From Terracidiphilus sp. (GTDB lineage Bacteria > Acidobacteriota > Terriglobia > Terriglobales > Acidobacteriaceae), in NCBI GenBank assembly GCA_031296305.1, contig JARLFZ010000003.1, forward strand, positions 20,164-84,163: DNA of 64,000 nt, read 5' to 3'. Of the stretch, positions 57,983-64,000 are shown piece after piece; positions within the stretch are counted from its first letter, which is position 1; every line of letters starts with the position of its first letter. Both the position numbers and the translations under genes were made by a program. The notes under the pieces were generated by a model. That model did no database searches, was not told where the DNA came from, and saw only the letters and a program-made list of their open reading frames with translations.

Positions 57983-58798
57983 CTAGACGCGGCGTGCTGA
58001 GCCCGCTATGACTTCTTGGCCGTCGAGGCGCTGGAGAATTCCGCGTGCGTCGTTGAGCCAATCTCCGGCGGCTTGCTTGAGACAGGAGATATCGTTGGTG
58101 ACGAACAGGAGATCGATGCCAAGCCCGAGCCAGAAGGCAAATTCGTCGGGCGCACAGGCGGTGGCGATGCATTTGTTATGGTCGCGAGCGGCTTTGACGA
58201 TCTTCGCCGCGGCTGCCTGCACTATGGGGTGCGAGGTTTGCGAAGGCAGGCCGAGGCTCGCGGCAAGATCGGCGGGGCCGATGAAGAGATCGACATCGGG
58301 GACCGCGGCTAACTGGTCGACACGGTCAAGCGCATTTTTGGATTCGATCTGCGCCATGAGGCAAAGGTCTTTATTGAGGCCTTGCTGCTGGGCAACGATG
58401 GGGCTGGGAATGCTGTAGTTGACGGCGCGTGAGACGGAGAAGAAGCCACGGCTGCCGGCGGGAGCAAAGCGTGCGTACTCGCGCAGCTCCTGCATCTGCT
58501 CGGGCGTTTCAATCATTGGCACGTCGAGAATATCGGGCCCGCATTCGGCGCCTTTGAGCACGTTTTCACGGCGCACGTCGGAGATGCGGAGCATGGTCAA
58601 CATGCCGGTGCCGGCGGCCATGCGGCAAAGGTCGGCGGCTTCAGCAAAGGTGATGTGGCCGTGTTCCATCTCGATCCAGATCACCTGGTAGCCGAGATGG
58701 GCGCAGATCTCAAGAAAGATGGGGTCATAGAAATAAACGGCCGCGCCCAAAAGTGTTTTGCCGCCGTTAGCCTGAACAGCTTGCTGCAAACGATTCAT
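57983..58798 (-). CDS. HpcH/HpaI class II pyruvate aldolase
   Basis: Motifs IWIEMEHG, VPMIET, AGSRG, AQIES and FIGPADL; ATG 58798 overlaps the symporter stop (ATGA). Confidence 0.9.
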   Translation of the reverse strand: MNRLQQAVQANGGKTLLGAAVYFYDPIFLEICAHLGYQVIWIEMEHGHITFAEAADLCRMAAGTGMLTMLRISDVRRENVLKGAECGPDILDVPMIETPEQMQELREYARFAPAGSRGFFSVSRAVNYSIPSPIVAQQQGLNKDLCLMAQIESKNALDRVDQLAAVPDVDLFIGPADLAASLGLPSQTSHPIVQAAAAKIVKAARDHNKCIATACAPDEFAFWLGLGIDLLFVTNDISCLKQAAGDWLNDARGILQRLDGQEVIAGSARRV

Positions 58799-60354
58799 GG
58801 AGTATCTCCTAATGGAACGGATTGAGGGCCGGAATGCTTGCGAGCGGCAAGCCAGCTCCAGAGTGTTTGGTTTGAGGAAAGACTTTGGGGCGCAGGGAAA
58901 AAAGCCGCGCAGAGCAGCCCAGTGGCGAGGAGCAAAAGATTGCCGAACACGCCGATGGTGTATGCGCTCCACGGGTAGTTGTAGCGATGAAGGTTGAGCA
59001 TCTTGCCGCCGTCGAGAGTGAGAGTGGCGTAGGCGGTGAAGAGCAGGTTGACCACGATGCCGGCAACCGCGCCTAAACGGCCGGCTCGCGGCGAAAGAAA
59101 TGCCAGCAGAAAGAGCCCGGCCAGGCCGCCGGCGACGATGGCGGTTGCGGCGTAATAAAGCGCCAGCGCAGAGCCGTGCGTGGAACTGAGCCGGAGCGCG
59201 ACCGCGATGGCGAGAAAGCCGCAGAGGACGACGGCGAACTTGCCGAAACGCAAGCGCTGGGCGTCAGTGTTACGCGGGAAGAAGTGCGAGTAGAAATCTT
59301 CAACCAGGATGAGGCCCAGGCAGTTGAGATCGGAGGCGAGCATGGACATGGCCGCGCCGAAGAGCGCAGCCAGGAAGAGTCCGGCGACGCCGACCGGCAT
59401 CTGCGTGACCATGTAGTAGGGAAATACCTGATCGGCGCGCGTGATGGCGGCGGGCAGCGATTGGCCCGAGAGGTGGTAGAAGGCCCAGAGCAGGGAGCCG
59501 ATAAGCATGAAGGCGGTCCACACGGGCAGGCAAAGCGAAGCACCCATGGCAATGCCGCGCAAGGCGGAGCGGTCGGATTTTGCGGCGAGGTAGCGCTGCA
59601 CCACGGTTTGATCGGCGGTGTACTTCTGCAGGTAGTAGAAGAAGCCGTAGAGCACCATGGTCCAGAAAGTGGGGCGCGCGAGGTCGAAGTCGAAACTTCC
59701 CAGGCTGGTTTTGTGGTTTGCGGCGATGAGATGAATCATGGCGCCGGGATGAACCTGCGGCGAGAACAGTAAAAGCACGAGCGTGACGGCGACGCCGGTC
59801 CAGAGCAGAAAGCCCTGCGCCACATCGGTCCAAATCACGGCGCGAAGGCCGCCAATGAAGGTATAGAAGATGGTGATAACACCAAGGCCAATGATGAGAA
59901 ACGCTATGGACCAACTGGTAAATCCCGCGACGGCGAGCGCAAGCAGGTAGAAGACGAAGCCCATCTTGGCAAAATGGCCCGCGGCGAAAGCGAAGGAGGA
60001 ATACATGCGCACTGCGGGGCCAAAGCGCTTGCCGAAGTATTCGTAGACCGACATGGACACCACGTGGCGGAAGAAGGGCACGATGATGGGGCCGATGGAG
60101 AGGATCACGAAGACAAAAAGGATGCCGGGGACGAGGAGATTCCAATCGCCCGCGTAGGCCGCGCCGGGGAAGGCGATGAAGGTGACGCTGGTGATGATCG
60201 TGGCCAGCAGCGAAAGGCCGGCGGCCCATCCGGGAACGGTGCGCCCGGCGATGAAGTAGGAGTCAGTGGTTTTCTGGCGGCCCGCCACACGAATGCCAAT
60301 GCCGACGAGGGTGATCATGTAGGCGGCAATGATAAGGGTGTCGGCGAGATGCAT
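58795..60354 (-). CDS. Sodium:solute symporter (SiaT/sialic-acid-transporter-like subgroup)
   Basis: Motifs YFIAGR, WAAGLSLLAT..TSVTFIAFPGAAY, SVYEY, GGLRAVIWTD, DQTVVQRY and AAMS. Confidence 0.9.
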   Translation of the reverse strand: MHLADTLIIAAYMITLVGIGIRVAGRQKTTDSYFIAGRTVPGWAAGLSLLATIITSVTFIAFPGAAYAGDWNLLVPGILFVFVILSIGPIIVPFFRHVVSMSVYEYFGKRFGPAVRMYSSFAFAAGHFAKMGFVFYLLALAVAGFTSWSIAFLIIGLGVITIFYTFIGGLRAVIWTDVAQGFLLWTGVAVTLVLLLFSPQVHPGAMIHLIAANHKTSLGSFDFDLARPTFWTMVLYGFFYYLQKYTADQTVVQRYLAAKSDRSALRGIAMGASLCLPVWTAFMLIGSLLWAFYHLSGQSLPAAITRADQVFPYYMVTQMPVGVAGLFLAALFGAAMSMLASDLNCLGLILVEDFYSHFFPRNTDAQRLRFGKFAVVLCGFLAIAVALRLSSTHGSALALYYAATAIVAGGLAGLFLLAFLSPRAGRLGAVAGIVVNLLFTAYATLTLDGGKMLNLHRYNYPWSAYTIGVFGNLLLLATGLLCAAFFPAPQSLSSNQTLWSWLAARKHSGPQSVPLGDTP

Positions 60355-60355
60355 A

Positions 60356-61374
<1,019 letters not shown>

Positions 61375-61378
<4 letters not shown>

Positions 61379-62472
61379 GCCGGACCTCGAAGCGCGTTGA
61401 GGATTTCACCGAAGACCGTGGGCGCGCCAAAACCGCCGGACTTTGTGATCACGATGCACCCTTCTGCCATGCCGCCCTGCACATTGCCCCAGGGAATTCC
61501 GGGCGCAAGCTCTCCATGGAGGATAAAAGAGTGGGCGCCGAGCGTGCGGGCAACGAGCGACGCGGTGTCACCGCCGGTGAGGATCAATGCCTGCGGCGCG
61601 AAGGTGCGGAATGTGTCAAGAATACGAGCGCGATCGCTGGGGCTGAAATCGAGACGCACCACCTGAACGGCGCGAAGGTCGGCGCGATCGAGAGTTTCAA
61701 GCTGGAGTTTGGTCACGGGATGATCGGATCCGGCAATGAGCAATGTACGCGAGGCGGAGGGCGGGGAGACGCGGCGGATGCGTCGGACGCTGCGGCTGGC
61801 GAGTGCATGCGCGAGACCGGCAGATCCCGCAAACAGGAGGCCGGGAAACTTTTCCGCGGCCCGAACAAGGGCTTCCAGATCCGATTGCGTGGAAGCGTCG
61901 CACAAAAGTACGGACTTGCCAGTGTCGAGCGCCGCGGCGAGTTCTTCAGGGCAGGAGACGAGAGCGATGAGGCTCCTTATCTTTGGCGGAAAGAGGCTGG
62001 CGATATCGATCTGCGTGCGCTGGCCGGTGGCATCCTGAATCTCAAGAATGCCGTTGCGCACCGTGCGACCCGCGGCGGGAAATGCAGGGGCAAGCAGAAC
62101 GGCGCGCGATCCGAAGGCGCGGTGCGCGGCCAGAATTTCAGCGGCAAAAGGGCCGCGGGCCGCGGAGTCAATCTTCTTGAACAGAAGTGTTTGGGGATTG
62201 GAGGCAAGTGCTGCGGCAGTGCGCAATACAATGCGCGACGCTTTGGTCGGCGAGAGCAAGCGAGATGCCGTATTAAAAGCCTGCACCGGATCTGCGGCCG
62301 GAAATGCCGCTGCGGCGCCAAGCCAGACGCGCACCGCCCGGCCGGTTGGAAGAAATGCAGCGGCCGCGTCGCAGGCGCCGGTCAAATCGTCGGCGAGAAG
62401 ACAGATTTGCTGCGGAGACGAAGTTGGGGAGGGGGCCGAGCGATGAAGCGGATTGGTGGTGGCAGTAGGCAT
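61375..62472 (-). CDS. DUF1537 four-carbon acid sugar kinase (DtnK/DenK-like)
   Basis: Motifs ADDLTGACD, KKIDS..RG, PAFPAAGR, AGSAGLA, TGGDT and TKSGGFG. Confidence 0.9.
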
Positions 62473-62498
62473 TACGGCGGCGGCACTTTATTTTCGAG

Positions 62499-62527
62499 AG
62501 TATACGATTATTTTCTAATGTTCGGAA
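62499..62527 (-). promoter_or_regulatory. Candidate sigma70 promoter TTCCGA-N17-TATACT of the catabolic operon
   Basis: Near-consensus -10 with 17-bp spacer, 26 bp upstream of the kinase start. Confidence 0.5.
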
Positions 62528-62877
62528 TGCCGATTTTGGAGGGAGGGTTCCGGGCGGGGACAAAGTGCGGAACTCGGCTGGAAATTGCGGCCTTATGGAG
62601 TCCAGGACCCCACCGGCATTGCTGCTCATGCACCGTTTAGAATCAATAAATTCCACGAGAGATCAATGAACTATTACGCGCTCAACGAGTCACCCCAGCG
62701 AAGATCTGTTTCGCTTCAGGCAACCGCCTGAAAGTTGGACCTCCTGGAACTGCCACTCCTCCACGGCACAACCGCTTTCGGCCGAGAATCGGGCCCCGCA
62801 TCGAATCCGCTACGCGGAATGAACGCTGAGGGAGCGAACTGCGGCGCGAGAACTACCGAAGAGACGGGACGCGCGGC

Positions 62878-62915
62878 AAAAAAAGGGGGACGGTTGCCGA
62901 ACGGCGCCCGTCCCC
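62878..62915 (-). terminator. Rho-independent terminator of the second TonB receptor
   Basis: GGGGACGG...CCGTCCCC hairpin followed by T7 on the minus strand. Confidence 0.85.
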
Positions 62916-62938
62916 ATAGTTGGGTTACACAAAGTTGG

Positions 62939-64000
62939 CTAGAAAGTTAACCGTCCAGAGAATTCCGTTTGCCGGGGGTCGCCGGCGCCGATCACGGTTC
63001 CAAAACTGCTGGTTGGGCCACCCCACGTTCCCTGCATGATTGTGTTCGGGTGGTTGAATAAGTTGAAGGCTTCGATGCGAAGTTTGAAGCCGACGCGCTC
63101 GGTGATCGGGAAGTTTTTGTCGAGGGCGGTGTTGAAGGTGATCTCCTTCGGTCCGCGAACTGTGCCCGCTTTGGCGTTACCAAACGTGCCCCAGGCAGGC
63201 GCCTGGAAGGATGCGGCGCTCCAGTAGGCTGAATGACCTGCAAGTTGAGTTTTGCCGTCTCCTGGGTGCGTCACACGCGCGATCTGGTTTGGACGCGATG
63301 CCAACCCGGCATTACCCACCGAGAGAGCGGGATAGACTGCCAAGCCGCTTTCCAGAACGGCCAAGCCAGACGTACCCCAGCCTGAGAGAACTTCGCGCGC
63401 CAACACGTTGTCTGAGTGGCGGAAGAACGGCATCTCATACACCCACGCAGAGGTGAACACCTGTGGGCGATCGAAATCCGGTTTTCCGTAATCGAGCCGT
63501 TCATTCCGCGGGTTTTGGAAACTCGCTGACTGATCGTATCCGACGCCGGTTCCGTTCGCTCCTGGGTTCGAAGGCTGCACATCTTCCAAGGCCTTGCTCC
63601 AGGTGTAGGCCGCATTCAGGGTCAGGTCCTTATGCTTCCAGACCAGCCCTGTCTGCAGTCCGTTGTAGTTGGCAATACCCCCATTGTTGGTTCCACTAAT
63701 CGAGCCGTATCCGGGGTAAGGCGCGTAGTAGAGGGTCGAGGTCGTGCCCTGATTCAGACACGGGTCGTAGCTGTAGGAGCTTACAGAGGGTCCCGCGTAG
63801 GCGAAAGTGGTGCTGTTCAGCGGATTGTTGGCGTTGGCAGCGCAGGTTGCGGTGCCCGAGGTGGTTTCGTTCTGCGAGAAGTTATAGTTGTAGCCCTCAG
63901 CCATGACGTGTTTCGAGATACTGCCTGCGTAGGCGACCTGCGCAACGGCGCCGGGCATGACCTCCCGCTCAACACTAAGACTGAACGTATTGGTGATGGT
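62939..64000 (-). CDS. TonB-dependent receptor (Oar-type), C-terminal part
   Basis: YNGLQT, AYTWSKA, LSGW, FGNA...RGP, RIEAFNLFNHPN and C-terminal RLTF; the frame continues past the window end. Confidence 0.9.
   Translation of the reverse strand, partial: TITNTFSLSVEREVMPGAVAQVAYAGSISKHVMAEGYNYNFSQNETTSGTATCAANANNPLNSTTFAYAGPSVSSYSYDPCLNQGTTSTLYYAPYPGYGSISGTNNGGIANYNGLQTGLVWKHKDLTLNAAYTWSKALEDVQPSNPGANGTGVGYDQSASFQNPRNERLDYGKPDFDRPQVFTSAWVYEMPFFRHSDNVLAREVLSGWGTSGLAVLESGLAVYPALSVGNAGLASRPNQIARVTHPGDGKTQLAGHSAYWSAASFQAPAWGTFGNAKAGTVRGPKEITFNTALDKNFPITERVGFKLRIEAFNLFNHPNTIMQGTWGGPTSSFGTVIGAGDPRQTEFSGRLTF

Overview
High-GC bacterial chromosome segment, most likely Acidobacteriota (Acidobacteriaceae-like). 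This is inferred from the Oar-type TonB-dependent receptors without SusD partners, the lineage-typical hypothetical proteins and the REP-like repeats. The first ~42 kb is mostly housekeeping and envelope genes (serS, ndh, nadB, aroB, tkt, rpiB, dxs, two GT-C glycosyltransferases, GH15, GH28, an MFS/TetR pair and two orphan histidine kinases). It also holds many REP-like hairpins and short-period tandem repeats, one REP inserted in-frame into a gene, and an apparent deletion scar of a TonB receptor. From ~43 kb to the end is a polysaccharide utilisation locus with two TonB-dependent receptors and an IclR regulator. Its hydrolases resemble, from memory, the rhamnogalacturonan-II enzymes GH138, GH142 and GH43_18, plus an apiosidase-like protein and an unusual FGE/Asp-box/MORN fusion. 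These genes run in the same apparent operon as a SiaT-like symporter, an HpcH aldolase, PdxA2 and a DUF1537 kinase. The best candidate for an undescribed system is a route that releases and catabolises the RG-II keto-deoxy acid Dha via D-threonate; this is an inference. No tRNA, rRNA, CRISPR array or transposase was recognised. All family assignments come from motif recognition; no searches were run.
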